A program made the translations under genes and the position numbers. 64,000 nt of DNA. Source: Eledone cirrhosa. Taxonomy: Eukaryota. Numbering within the stretch: the stretch's first letter is position 1; each line of letters opens with the position of its first letter. The stretch covers positions 22,568,001 through 22,632,000 of the forward strand of contig OZ024762.1 in NCBI GenBank assembly GCA_964016885.1, in the 5' to 3' direction. Below are positions 26,391 to 43,450 of the stretch, one piece after another. The notes under the pieces were generated by a model. The model had not been told where the DNA came from, searched no databases, and saw nothing but the letters and a program-made list of their open reading frames with translations.

Positions 26391-28872
26391 TCAAGGATGT
26401 AAAATCACGTGTTAGGCGCAGTCTTTCTCAGATGAAGGATCAGTGGTGGAGTGAGAAGGCTGGTGAGATACAAACTGCGTCAGATTCCAATAACACAAAG
26501 CTGTTGTACAGTCTCTTGCGTGAGGTTTATGGACCGTCTTCTTTTCTGGTGACACCGCTTCGCAGCAAGGATGGCAAAGAACTTCTTCGTGACTCACAGG
26601 GAATTCTACGAAGGTGGCGAGAGCACTTTGATGATCTTTTGAATCAGCCGTCTGTCGTCAGTGAAGATTTTCTCAATCTCATTCCAGAAAGTCCTGTGAA
26701 AGTAGCTCTCGCAGAACCTTCTACGCTTGTGGAGTTTGCAGTGGCTATCTCGAAGCTGAACAGTGGAAGGTCTCCAGGTAGGGATGGCATACATGCTGAG
26801 CTCCTACAATATGGTGGTGAGAGACTCCTGCAACATCTTCACTCTTTGTTTGGCAGGATATGGGCTAATGAATCCGTACTTGAGGACTGGAGAGATGCAG
26901 TAATGGTGGTCTTGTACAAGGGAAAGGATAACAGGAATGATTGTGGGAACTACAGAGGTATATCATTGCTTTCTGTCGCAGTGAAAGTTTTAAGTAGGGT
27001 GCTTCTGAACCGTCTGCTGACACACATTGCAGATTGTGTTCTTCCTGAAAGTCAATTTGGTTTTCGTGCTGGACGCGGCACTACTGATATGATCTTCTCA
27101 GCTAGACAGCTCCAGGAGAAGTACATGGAACAAGGCTTGGATCTGTATCAGGTTTTTGTCGATCTGACAAAAGCTTTCGATACTGTTAACAGAGATGCAT
27201 TATGGAAGGTTCTCCAGAAACTTGGTTGCCCTGATAAGTTCCTTGCTTTAGTTAGGTCTTTCCATGACGACATGAAGGCTTGGGTTAATGTTGGAGGTAA
27301 CATGTCGGAGCCTATCTCAGTAAAAAATGGAGTGAAAAGGGGGATATTCTAGCACCGACCCTGTTTGCTATATATATACTTTGCAATGGTTTTCTCTATT
27401 GCATTCAGGAATTGCGAGCATGGTGTTTACATCCGATATCGAACCTCAGGCAGCATATTTAACACCAGGCGCTTTGCTGCAAAGACAAAAGTATTTACAT
27501 CAATCATAAGAGACCTCTTGTATGCAGATGATTGTGATCTTGTAGCGCACACAGAGAGTGATATGCAGCACATTTTGAATGCATTTTCTGACGCTTGCAC
27601 TGCCCTAAGATTGACTGTCAGTCTCAAGAAAACCGTCGCCATGTACCAACCTGCCCCTGGTAAGCAGTACACTGAACCAAATATCTATGTGTATGGTAAA
27701 CGACTTGGAGTGGTTGATCAGTTTGTCTACCTGGGAAGCGCTGTCAATCGATACAGCAACCTTGACAGTGAAATCTCAGTTACGATTAGGAAAGCAAGTG
27801 ATGCTTTCGGAAAGTTAGAAAGGCGATTCTGGGGTCGGCGAGACATATGCAGGAGGACAAAGGTAAAGGTGTACAAGGCATGTGTGCTCTCTTGTGTTCT
27901 TTATGCCTGCGCGACCTGGGTCAAATATCGACACCACCTTAAGCAATTGGAGCGTTTCCATCAGATGTGTCTCAGACGGATCCATGGCGTTAACTGGAGG
28001 GACCACATCAGTGATGTCGAGATTTTGGAAAGCTCTATGTGTGACAGTATAGAAGCTCTTATGCTTAAGCAACGACTCCGTTGGAGTGGTCACCTTGCCA
28101 GGATGAAGGATTCTAGAATACCAAAACAACTCTTTTATAGAGAGTTAGTTAAAGGAAAACGACCGCCACTTAAACCAAAAATGAGGTATAAGGATTCCTT
28201 GAAAGCCTCTTTGAAAGACGCTAACATCTCTGCTGATACATGGGAAAATATTGCTGCTGATCGTAATAAATGGAGAAAGACGGTTTATGAGGGAAAAGTT
28301 GCCTTTGAGGCATCTCGAATCGCATACGAGAAAGTAAAGCGGGATGTGAGGAAGGGCATTGCTGTTGCACTTCCAAACGGCGAGGGTCCTCCTATGGTGC
28401 TGACAGGCAGCGTCTGTGCGAGACTCTGCCTAAGCAAAGCTGGACTCGAAAGTCATCTTCGCAGTCATAAAGTAAGACCAGTGGGTGACTACCAGGCTGC
28501 TGTTGGAGATGCTACTCATCATGCTTGCCAAGCAAGTGGTAGAAAATGTAAATCAGCAGGAGGGCTCAAGCGACATGCAAAAGTATACGAACTCCAACCA
28601 CAGCCGACTATTCCCAGTGAATGTTTTGGTTGCCGACTCTGTGCAAGACATTTTAGATCATTGGCTGGGCTAAAAAGCAACATTCGATCGCAGCGCTGTT
28701 AGTTGCTATCGTGTGTGTGTGTATATAGATATGTTTATGTGTGTGCGTGTGTGTGTATATGTAAATGTATATTATTATTGTTGTTGTTCTTGTCGTTATT
28801 ATTATTGTTTTTATTATTATTATTATTATTATTATTGTTATTAATATATGTGTATGTATATGTATGTGTATG

Positions 28873-28928
<56 letters not shown>

Positions 28929-29006
28929 AAAAAAAAAATTTGTTATTATTATTTTATTTTTCTCGTGCAATGGCCATACTCGATAATGAGGGGGCAGCCC
29001 TCATAT
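26391..29006 (+). mobile_element. RTE/BovB-like LINE family 2, 5'-truncated; RT with one frameshift (~27345) and three C-terminal C2H2-like fingers
   Basis: Motifs NYRGISLLS, LPESQFGFRAGRGTTDMIF, FVDLTKAFDTV, GVK.G, LLYADD, FVYLGS and RLRWSGH. Stop at 28702. The 3'-UTR motif TGGCCATACTCGATAATGAGGGGGCAGCC lies at ~28971-28999, after intervening microsatellites. Confidence 0.95.
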
Positions 29007-29051
29007 GTATGTATATATATGTATGTATGTGTATGTATATATGCATGTATC

Positions 29052-29083
<32 letters not shown>

Positions 29084-29184
29084 TGTATGTATGTATGTAT
29101 GTATGTATGTATAGGTATGTATGTATGTATGTATGTATGTATATGTTTTCTCTTTCTCTTAATTTCGAGTATATTTTTTTGACC

Positions 29185-29460
29185 GGTCACCTTCCTGGTG
29201 GCAAGGTTGTAAAAGAAAAGAAATTGTTATCCCTTGAATCGCAAGATGTTTTGCAAATTTTGAAGGTGCCAGCTATCGCAGCCATTTGCAGACTATGAAT
29301 TAGGGAGCTGCGCTTTTTGTCCGCAAATCCAAGTTCAGTCATACTTTGGTTTTGGTCCAAGCGGGTTGGTATATAACCCGTAGCACCAATAATGATGGGT
29401 ATGAAGCTAAAGGTGTATCTTGGATACTGGATTTGTAAACTCCTCATCAATGGTCCGTAG
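29185..29460 (-). mobile_element. R4/Dong-type LINE C-terminal fragment
   Basis: RSLQIQYPRYTFSFIPIIIGATGYIP...LQMAAIAGTFKICKT is homologous to the 44740-44945 segment. Confidence 0.75.
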
Positions 29461-29510
29461 ATGTCCTCCTTATGTATGTATGTATGTATGTATGTATGTA
29501 TGTATGTATG

Positions 29511-30119
29511 TCAGGTCACCAGTTGGTGCTACTGGTAACATGTATCCCAGTACAACCTGTCCCATGGTCGGGTCGTTGGCGACTAAACTGGCAACCCCAC
29601 CAAGGTTTCTTGGTGAGGAGGGTGACTTTGGACATCCTGCAGGACTAAAAACAAAACCTGTCAAAGGGCAAAGGAGCTCTTAAGAGTCAATGGCCATCCA
29701 AAATCACCGGGAGAGATGACCCCTTAGCCTTTGTCAAGGCAGAATTCTAGGAGAAGGAAAACTCTGATATAACACCTGCAACCCTGATGGTATCCAATGA
29801 TGTTGACTTGTTCTTCTTTTTGGTAAATATCATCTTGGTTAAGAGAGTGGGACTGGCTTTGTGCAGTGCCTTTGCTCACTATAAAAGCTTCACGGCACAG
29901 GCATTGCTTTATATCTGGAGATCTCTCTGCACTTGTCGTCACATGGTACCATGGGCCCAGCACTATGTGTCAGTAATTGTCACAAGTGTAGTGTTTGTAC
30001 CAGAGTTTTCAAGTCGCTGGCTGGACTAAAAAGTCACACTCGTTCAGCGCATCGGTAGGGGTTCTCCTACATGGATATAAAGTAGTGGCCGTACTCGAAA
30101 ACGAGTTGGCAGCCACCAT
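29511..30119 (+). mobile_element. Bipartite non-autonomous RTE derivative, copy 2 (longest 5' end)
   Basis: Near-identical to copy 1; the finger is intact ([22 protein letters not shown]). Confidence 0.82.
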
Positions 30120-30141
30120 GTATGTATGTATGTATATGTAT

Positions 30142-30704
30142 GGTCTCATGGTCGGGTCGATGGCGACTAAACTGGCAACCCCTATCAAGGTTTCTTGGTG
30201 AGGAAGGTGACTTTGGACATCCTGGAAGACTAAAAACAAAACCTGTCAAATGGCAAAGGAGCTCTTAGGAGTCAATGACCATCCAAAATCACCGGGCGAG
30301 ATGACCCCTTAGCCTTTGTCAAGGTAGAATTCCAGGAGAAGGAAAACTCTGATATAACACCTGCAACTCTGATGTTATCCAATAATGTTGACTTGTTCTT
30401 CTTTTTGGTAAATATCATCTTTGCTAAGAGAGTGGGACTGGCTTTGTGCAGTGCCTTTGCTCACTATAAAAGCTTCACAGCACAGGCATTGCTTTATATC
30501 TGGAGATCTCTCTGCACTTGTCGTCACATGGTACCATGGGCCCAGCACTATGTGTCAATAATTGTCACAAGTGTAGTGTTTGTACCAGAGTTTTCAAGTC
30601 GCTGGCTGGACTAAAAAGTCACACTCGTTCAGCGCATCGGTAGGAGTTCTCCTACATGGATATAATGTAGTGGCCGTACTCGAAAACGAGTTGGCAACCA
30701 CCAT
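30142..30704 (+). mobile_element. Bipartite non-autonomous RTE derivative, copy 3 (tandem with copy 2)
   Basis: Near-identical; separated from copy 2 by ~20 bp of (TATG)n. Confidence 0.82.
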
Positions 30705-30737
30705 ATATGTATATATATATATGTATGTATATGTATG

Positions 30738-30769
<32 letters not shown>

Positions 30770-31713
30770 TGTATGTATGTATGTATGTATGTATGTATGT
30801 ATGTATGTCTATGTATGTATGTATGTATGTATATGTAAGTATGTATGTCTATATGTATGTATGTATATGTATGTATATATGTATGTATGTATGTAAGTAT
30901 GTATGTATATGTATGTATGTATATGTAAGTATGTATGTCTATATGTATGTATATGTATGTATATATGTATGTATGTATGTAAGTATGTATGTATATGTAT
31001 GTATGTATATGTAAGTATGTATGTCTATATGTATGTATATGTATATGTATGTATATGTATGTATATATGTATGTATGTATGTATATGTATGTATGTATAT
31101 GTATGTATATGTAAGTATGTATGTCTATATGTATGTATATGTATATGTATGTATATGTATGTATATATGTATGTATGTATGTATATGTATGTATGTATAT
31201 GTATGTATGTATATGTAAGTATGTATGTCTATATGTATGTATATGTATATGTATGTATATGTATGTATATATGTATGTATGTATGTATATGTATGTATGT
31301 ATATGTATGTATGTATATGTAAGTATGTATGTCTATATGTATGTATATGTATATGTATGTATATGTATGTATATAAGTATGTATGTATGTATATGTATGT
31401 ATGTATATGTATGTATGTATATGTAAGTATGTATGTCTATATGTATGTATATGTATATGTATGTATATGTATGTATATATGTATGTTTGTATGTAAGTAT
31501 GTATGTATATGTATGTATGTATATGTAAGTATGTATATGTATGTATATGTATGTATGTAAGTATGTATGTATATGTATGTATATGTAAGTATGTATGTCT
31601 ATATGTATGTATATGTATATGTATATGTATGTATATGTATGTATATATGTATGTATGTATGTAAGTATGTATGTATATGTATGTATGTATATGTAAGTAT
31701 GTATGTCTATATG

Positions 31714-31750
<37 letters not shown>

Positions 31751-31908
31751 GTATATGTATGTATATATGTATGTATGTATGTAAGTATGTATGTATATGT
31801 ATGTATGTATATGTAAGTATGTATGTCTATATGTATGTATATGTATATGTATGTATATGTATATGTATGTATATGTATGTATGTATGTAAGTATGTATGT
31901 ATATGTAT
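30705..31908. repeat. (TATG)n-derived compound satellite
   Basis: Direct reading; recurring GTAAGTATGTATGTCTATATG marker. Confidence 0.95.
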
Positions 31909-31995
31909 AACGTTGACCTTCTAAACCCATGTTGTTATATTTCTGTTTGTGTCATGATTTTGAAATTACAAAATTGTCTCGATTAATATTTAGAT

Positions 31996-34032
31996 GTCGA
32001 AATATTTGTACAGAGAACTCAATAAACATATTGGATATTGCAGGTGTGGCACATACATATACATACACAGACATACACATAGACACACAGACACATATAG
32101 ATATACACACACAGACACATACATATACATACACAGACATACACAGACATACACATAGACACACAGACATACACATATAGATATACACACCCAGACATAC
32201 ACATACATACACATAGAACTCCATAACATATTGGCTATTGCAGGTGTGTCACATACATATACATACACAGACATACACATAGACACACATACATACACAT
32301 ATAGATATACACACACAGACACATACATATACATACACAGACATACACAGACATACACATAGACACACATACACATATAGATATACACACCCAGACATAC
32401 ACATACACAGACATACACATAGACATACAGACATACACATATAGATATACACACACAGACACACAGACATATACATACACAGTCATATAACATAGACATA
32501 CAGACATACACATATAGATATACACACACAGACACATACATATACATACACAGACATATAACATAGACACACAGACATACACATATAGATATACACACAC
32601 AGACACATACATATACATACACAGACATATAACATAGACACACAGACATACACATATAGATATACACACACAGACACATACATATACATACACAGACATA
32701 CACATAGACACACATACATATACATATAGATATACACACACAGACACATACATATACATACACAGACATACACATAGACACACATACATATAAATATAGA
32801 TATACACACACAAACACATACATATACATACACAGTCATATAACATAGACACACATACATATACATATAGATATACACACACAGACACATACATATACAT
32901 ACACAGACATATAACATAGACACACAGACATACACATATAGATATACACACACAAACACATACATATACATACACAGACATACACATAGACACACAGACA
33001 TACACATATAGATATACACACACAGACACATACATATACATACACAGACATACACACAGACACACATACATACACATAGAACTCCATAACATATTGGTTA
33101 CTGCAGGAGTGACACATACATATACATACACAGACATACATACATATACATACACAGAGATATAACATAGACACACATACATACACATATAGATATACAG
33201 ACACAGACACACACATACACACACACACACACACATAGAACTCCATAACATATTGGTTATTGCAGGAGTCGCACATACATATATATACACAGACATACAT
33301 ACATATACACACATAGATAGACAGACATACACACAGACATACACATAGAGATATATACACACACACAGACACATAGAACTCCATAACATATTGGTTACTA
33401 CAGGAGTGGTACATACACATACACAGACATACATACATAGGCACACAGACGTACACATAGATAGACAGACAGACACACACATACATACACATAGAGATAT
33501 ATTCACACAGAGACACACAGAGACACACACATACACATACATACACAGACATACATACATAGACACACAGACATACATACATGGACACAAATACATACAC
33601 ACAAACATACACATAGAGACATACACATAGAGACAGACAAACGCATACACACACATACATACACACATACACAGACTGACACATAGAACTCCATAAACAT
33701 ATTGGTTATTGCAGGAGTAATACATACACATAGATAGACTGACACGGACACACACATACATACACATAAAGACACACACATACACACACATACGCACACA
33801 TACACAGACATACACACACAGAGAACTCCATAAACATATTGGTTATTACAGGAGTAATACACATACATAGATAGACTGACAGACACGGACACAAACACAC
33901 AGCGACACACCCATACACCCATACACACATACACACATACATACACACACATACACACATACATACACACACATATACACACATACATACACAGACTGAC
34001 GTCAAAAATATTTGTACATAGAATTCAATAAG
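31996..34032. repeat. Tandem array of a ~36-bp anchor (ATAGAACTCCATAACATATTGGTTATTGCAGGAGT) separated by variable (AC/AT)-rich spacers
   Basis: Anchors near 32012, 32213, 33076, 33235, 33373, 33683 and 33820, with a partial one at 34018. Confidence 0.85.
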
Positions 34033-34054
34033 TTCAGTTTGGTCATAACATGTC

Positions 34055-37545
<3,491 letters not shown>

Positions 37546-37742
37546 GGTATGATTTATAGGTCTGTATATGCGTGTCAAAAGATATTTTGAAGCACGTCCA
37601 TTCAATGCCGCCATGTTTTATGAGTGAAGGCGTGTATTACCATCATAAAAGACATCTGTAGAAACGTACAAATGGTAATTTACAAGTTAACATTTTCAAA
37701 AATAATTCTTTATCCTTATATTCATTTTTCATATAAACAGTG

Positions 37743-37793
<51 letters not shown>

Positions 37794-37800
37794 CATACAC

Positions 37801-37839
<39 letters not shown>

Positions 37840-38087
37840 TGTGTGTGTGTGCGTATATACATATATGCGTGTGTGTATATACATATATGCGTCTGCGTAT
37901 ATACACATATGTGTGTGTGTATATGCATATATATGTGTGTATATATACATACATATGTGTGTGTATATATACATATATATGTGTATGTATATACATATAT
38001 ATGTGTATTTATGTACATATATATTTGTGTATATATACATATATATATGTGTCTATATATACATATATATGTGTCTATATATACATA

Positions 38088-38133
<46 letters not shown>

Positions 38134-38177
38134 TATATATACATATATATGTATATATATATATATACATATATATA

Positions 38178-38223
<46 letters not shown>

Positions 38224-38238
38224 TATATCTATATCTAT

Positions 38239-38285
<47 letters not shown>

Positions 38286-38300
38286 TATATCTATATCTAT

Positions 38301-38367
<67 letters not shown>

Positions 38368-38724
38368 TATATATATATATACACACATATATATATATAT
38401 ATATATATGGTGGAGATGTTGGTGGTTGTATGATGTTGTTTGTAGTGGAATTGAAATGGTCGGATTTATCTTAGCACCAGCAGCAGCAGCAGTGTATGAA
38501 TGTTTGCAATATTTAATACTACTCTCTCGTCGACAATGTCGCTGGCCATTATGTAACGAAATGACGAAAGAAGAGTAAGTAATACCAGAAGAAGGACAGT
38601 TTAGAGGGAAAGATAGGGGTGGAGAGCATGGTGGGAAAGAGAGAGAGAGAGAATTATGAGGGAGGAGTGGAGAGAAGAGATTAATGTTAGGGAAGCAGTA
38701 ATGATAGAGAGTAAGGAATACTAG

Positions 38725-38892
38725 AATAATTGTTTCTACGTTAGGCACAAGGCCAGCAATTACTCAGTGCATTACTGGTACTTTATGTTATCGACCCCGT
38801 AAGGATGAAAGGCAAAGTTAACCTCGGCGGGATTTGAACTCAGAATGGCAAGGGCCGTAACTCTATACGTCAAAGCATGGCGTCCGACCCTC
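38725..38892 (-). mobile_element. SINE family A
   Basis: Reverse complement of the 9121 copy, 5'-truncated. Confidence 0.9.
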
Positions 38893-39080
38893 AACACTAG
38901 AAAAATGGTGGCTATATGTTTGTCAGTTGTAAAGCGGGAGGGAGGTCGTAGTGAATATTAAATAATGTACATGGCAAATGGGGAGGGGACAGAGAGAGAG
39001 AGAGTTTTAACGTCAATATATATTATATATATATTTATTATACATAGGTATACATATATATATATAAGTAAATGCATATA

Positions 39081-40380
39081 TTTGCCACAAGTGACGTCAG
39101 TGAGATCCCCCTGTAGTTGTTGGTGTTAGAGAGATCTCCCTTCTTTGGCACTGGGGCGATGTTACTGATCCTCCACTGATTCGGGGCAACTCCCTTCTCC
39201 AGTGGCTGGTTACAGAACACCAGGATGATATCATCAAAATCAAACCTCTTCATCACCTCTGATGCCACTCCATCTTCTCCATGAGCCTTTCCCTCCTTGA
39301 TCTTCTTCTTGGCTCTCTGAAGCTCCTCTCTGGTGAAGAGCTCTGTCTCAATATCTAGTTCTTCAAACAGCCGCCTGATCTCCCCAGTGTTCTGGGCTGT
39401 GGAGGGCAGCTCTCTAATAGGGTCCTAAAATGGTCTAGCCATTTCCTCATCCTATCCTCGGGCTCTGTTCCCAGGATCTGAGTGGAACACCTCCCTGTGA
39501 TCTCGTTGATGATAATCCATTTCTCCTTACATCCAGCCATGAACTGGAGAAACACCAGGACTCTGCCTTTACTGTAACACCGGCTCAGAGCAGGAGAGTT
39601 AAGGCGAATAAGATATCGGAAGCTGAATTTGCCGACGACATAGTTTTGGTGACAAATACAGTGAAGGAGGCAGAAGAGTTGCTGCAGGAGGTGGAGACTG
39701 TGTCGATGAGTGTGGGGCTGAGAATGAATGAGACTAAAACAAAATATCTGGTAGAGAATGTTAAGAATCCAGAGGAGATTACTAATCTCGGCGGCAAGCC
39801 GCTAGAATTGGTTGAAGACTTCCTGTATTTGGGAGCAAAGATAGCGAATACGGAAGATGATGTGGTTGAGAGGTAGAGCAAAGCATGGGCGGCGTGCCAC
39901 AGCTTGAGATCGGTGTGAAAGTCAGACCTTCGTAAAGACCTGAAAATCCGCCTCTGCATTGCTGTAGTGGAGTCTGTGCTGCTATACGGGTCTGAGACTA
40001 GGACACTGACCAAGAAACTCACTCAGATGGTGGATGGGTGCTACACGAGAATGCTGAGGATGGCTCTGAACATTAATCAGTATGAAAAACTCAGAGATGT
40101 ACGGGAGCCTCCCAAAAGTCAGCTCAAAAGTGACACAGAGGAGACTAAGGTTAGCTGGACATTCCCACCGACATCCAGAGTTGACATTGCACAGAGTGCT
40201 CCTGTGGGAGCCCCTACATGGACACACTGGAAGAGGAAGATCAAGGTTAACGTATGCTGATGCCCTAAGGACAGACACTGGTCTGTTGGAGACGCAGGAC
40301 ATGGCAGCGATAATGAGGGACAGAGACCGCTGGAGAGAACTCGTCCATGGATCTCGGGAATTTTACCCGCCCTAGATAGA
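39081..40380 (+). mobile_element. RTE-clade LINE family 1 with 5' inversion/deletion
   Basis: Minus 39543-39081 encodes ...KWLDHFRTLL...PVPKKGDLSNTNNYRGISLTSLVA. Plus 39544-40375 encodes EFADDIVL, FLYLGA, ESVLLYGSET and RRLRLAGH through to the stop, followed by a (TAGA) tail. Confidence 0.92.
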
Positions 40381-40394
40381 TACATATCTGTTTC

Positions 40395-40550
40395 CATTGG
40401 TCTTTCCAATTGATACTACTATGTATCGGTCGCCACTCCGGGTAGAAGGAGAAATGTGAAAGGAAGTGTCTTGCCCAAGGACATAACGCGTCGCTTGGTT
40501 GAGGAATCGAACACACAACCTCATGATTGTGAATCCAATTCTCTAACCAA
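40395..40550 (-). mobile_element. tRNA/CORE-like SINE fragment
   Basis: Reverse complement has GGTTAGAG...GTTCGATTCC and TGTCCTTGGGCAAGACACTT. Confidence 0.65.
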
Positions 40551-40623
40551 TTCTCTAACTCATATATGTGTGTGTGTGTGTGTGTGTATGTGTGTATAAG
40601 TATATTTATATTTACTTACCCCT

Positions 40624-40688
<65 letters not shown>

Positions 40689-40713
40689 ATGTATAATAAA
40701 CAATACAATATAA

Positions 40714-40787
40714 TTACCTCATTACCAGAGGTTTCCCGAATATGACGAATACAAGAAACGTCCTCATTCGTTCGTCAGACAAGGCAA
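40714..40787 (-). ncRNA. Type I hammerhead ribozyme
   Basis: Minus strand: TTGCCTTGT-CTGACGA-A CGAAT..GACG..CGTC..ATTCG G-GAAA-CC TCT GG-TA-ATGAGGTAA. Stem I is 9 bp and the cleavage site is GUA. Confidence 0.7.
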
Positions 40788-40867
40788 ATTTAGCTCTGTA
40801 ACTTACATAGAGCACTCTTCACTCCTATGACTTTTTCAATTTTCAACGGAAACTTCAATACACACAC

Positions 40868-40909
<42 letters not shown>

Positions 40910-40944
40910 ATGTATATTTACATACCTATATATATTTAGATATA

Positions 40945-41004
40945 AGTATGTAAATATATATATATGCGTGTGTGTAAATGTATAATTACGTACGTACCTA
41001 CACA

Positions 41005-41057
<53 letters not shown>

Positions 41058-41117
41058 TGTAGATATATATATATGTGTGTGTGTAAATGTATAATTACGT
41101 ACGTACCTACATACAAA

Positions 41118-41152
<35 letters not shown>

Positions 41153-41285
41153 TGTAAATATATATATATGCGTGTGTGTAAATGTATAATTACGTACGTA
41201 CCTACATACAAACACACACACACACACTATGTAAATATATATATATGCGTGTGTGTAAATGTATAATTACGTACGTACCTACATA

Positions 41286-41332
<47 letters not shown>

Positions 41333-41420
41333 TGTAAATATATATATATGCGTGTGTGTAAATGTATAATTACGTACGTACCTACATACAAACACATACA
41401 AACACATACACACACACACA
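40945..41420. repeat. Five tandem ~80-110-bp units (GTGTGTAAATGTATAATTACGTACGTACCTACA + (CA)n)
   Basis: Direct reading. Confidence 0.9.
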
Positions 41421-41992
41421 TATGTATATATATATTCATAAATAAATTGGTAGATAGAAGTGTTGAGAGGTGTTTTAAAAATTTATAATTCCTTAAATAA
41501 TCAATATTTATTTAATAGAAACGTAAAGTTAAAATTGAGAAATAATTGCTCTGAAGAACGATACATTCGACTATATTCAATATTTTTTCTGAACAATTAT
41601 GCGAGAATGAGATTGATAATAGGAAAACCTTTAATATAATTATTGCAGCAAGCAATTAGAGAACCTGCTAGAGTTTTTATGTGTTCATAATTATTATACA
41701 GCCTTGTTTGTTTGTGACATATTTTGTTCTGACAATTATTGTTGATGTGAAAGTAAGAACGTAAAAGTGTAGTGTAGTGTAGTGTTACAAGTTGTGATGT
41801 TAGTGTGGACTACAGAGTTACTCTTTAGTGCGTTTATATATATGTATGTGTGTATGTGTGTATGTGTGTATGTGTGTATGTGAGTAAGTATATGTATGTG
41901 TGTATATATATATATATGTATATATAGTTGTTATATAGTAAGGTGCACTACCTTGCCTTCGAATTTTCATTTATATATATATATATATATAC

Positions 41993-42115
<123 letters not shown>

Positions 42116-42150
42116 CATACACACACACACATATATATATATACATATAT

Positions 42151-42241
<91 letters not shown>

Positions 42242-42300
42242 GATATATCTACATATGTATGTGTGTGTGTATATATATTATATATATACACACACACACC

Positions 42301-42331
<31 letters not shown>

Positions 42332-42380
42332 CTTATAATTATATATATACATATATATACATATATATATACATATATAC

Positions 42381-42453
<73 letters not shown>

Positions 42454-42522
42454 CACACACACACATATATATATATATACATATATACACACACACACAT
42501 ATATATATATATACACACACAA

Positions 42523-42558
<36 letters not shown>

Positions 42559-42596
42559 AGATATATCTACATATATATGTGTGTGTGTATATATAT

Positions 42597-42689
<93 letters not shown>

Positions 42690-43020
42690 TACTTGTGAAA
42701 AATTTGTTTGTATTAATTCATTAGATTAGTATTCACGGACAGACACTCAATCATACATGCGTATATATTCTACACACACGCCTATATATATCACACATGT
42801 GCAATATACAAATAACCAACCATACATCTTCATATACGCATGCGCACAGACACATATGCACACTCACAGCATTCTATATCGAACATTTATTTTTAATCGA
42901 TGTGATTAATAACGATTTCAACACATTAATATATACACACATGAATACAATGAATACATATACACACTTGAATACACTTGTATACACATTTATATATAGT
43001 ATGCACTTATGTATACACAC

Positions 43021-43051
<31 letters not shown>

Positions 43052-43053
43052 CG

Positions 43054-43092
<39 letters not shown>

Positions 43093-43239
43093 GTATATGT
43101 ATATGTATATACGTATATATATATATGTATATACGTATATATATATGTATATACGTATATATATATATATATACGTATATATATATATATGTATATACGT
43201 ATATATATATATATATACGTATATATATAATGTATATAC

Positions 43240-43304
<65 letters not shown>

Positions 43305-43450
43305 CGTATATATATATATATATGTATATACGTATATATATATATATGTATATACGTATATATATATATATGTATATACGTATATATATATATATATGTA
43401 TATACGTATATATATATGTATATACGTTTATATATATATATATATATATG

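Noticed and set aside
31996-34032. CRISPR array
   Set aside because: Eukaryotic context, spacers are related microsatellites of very unequal length, and there are no cas genes.
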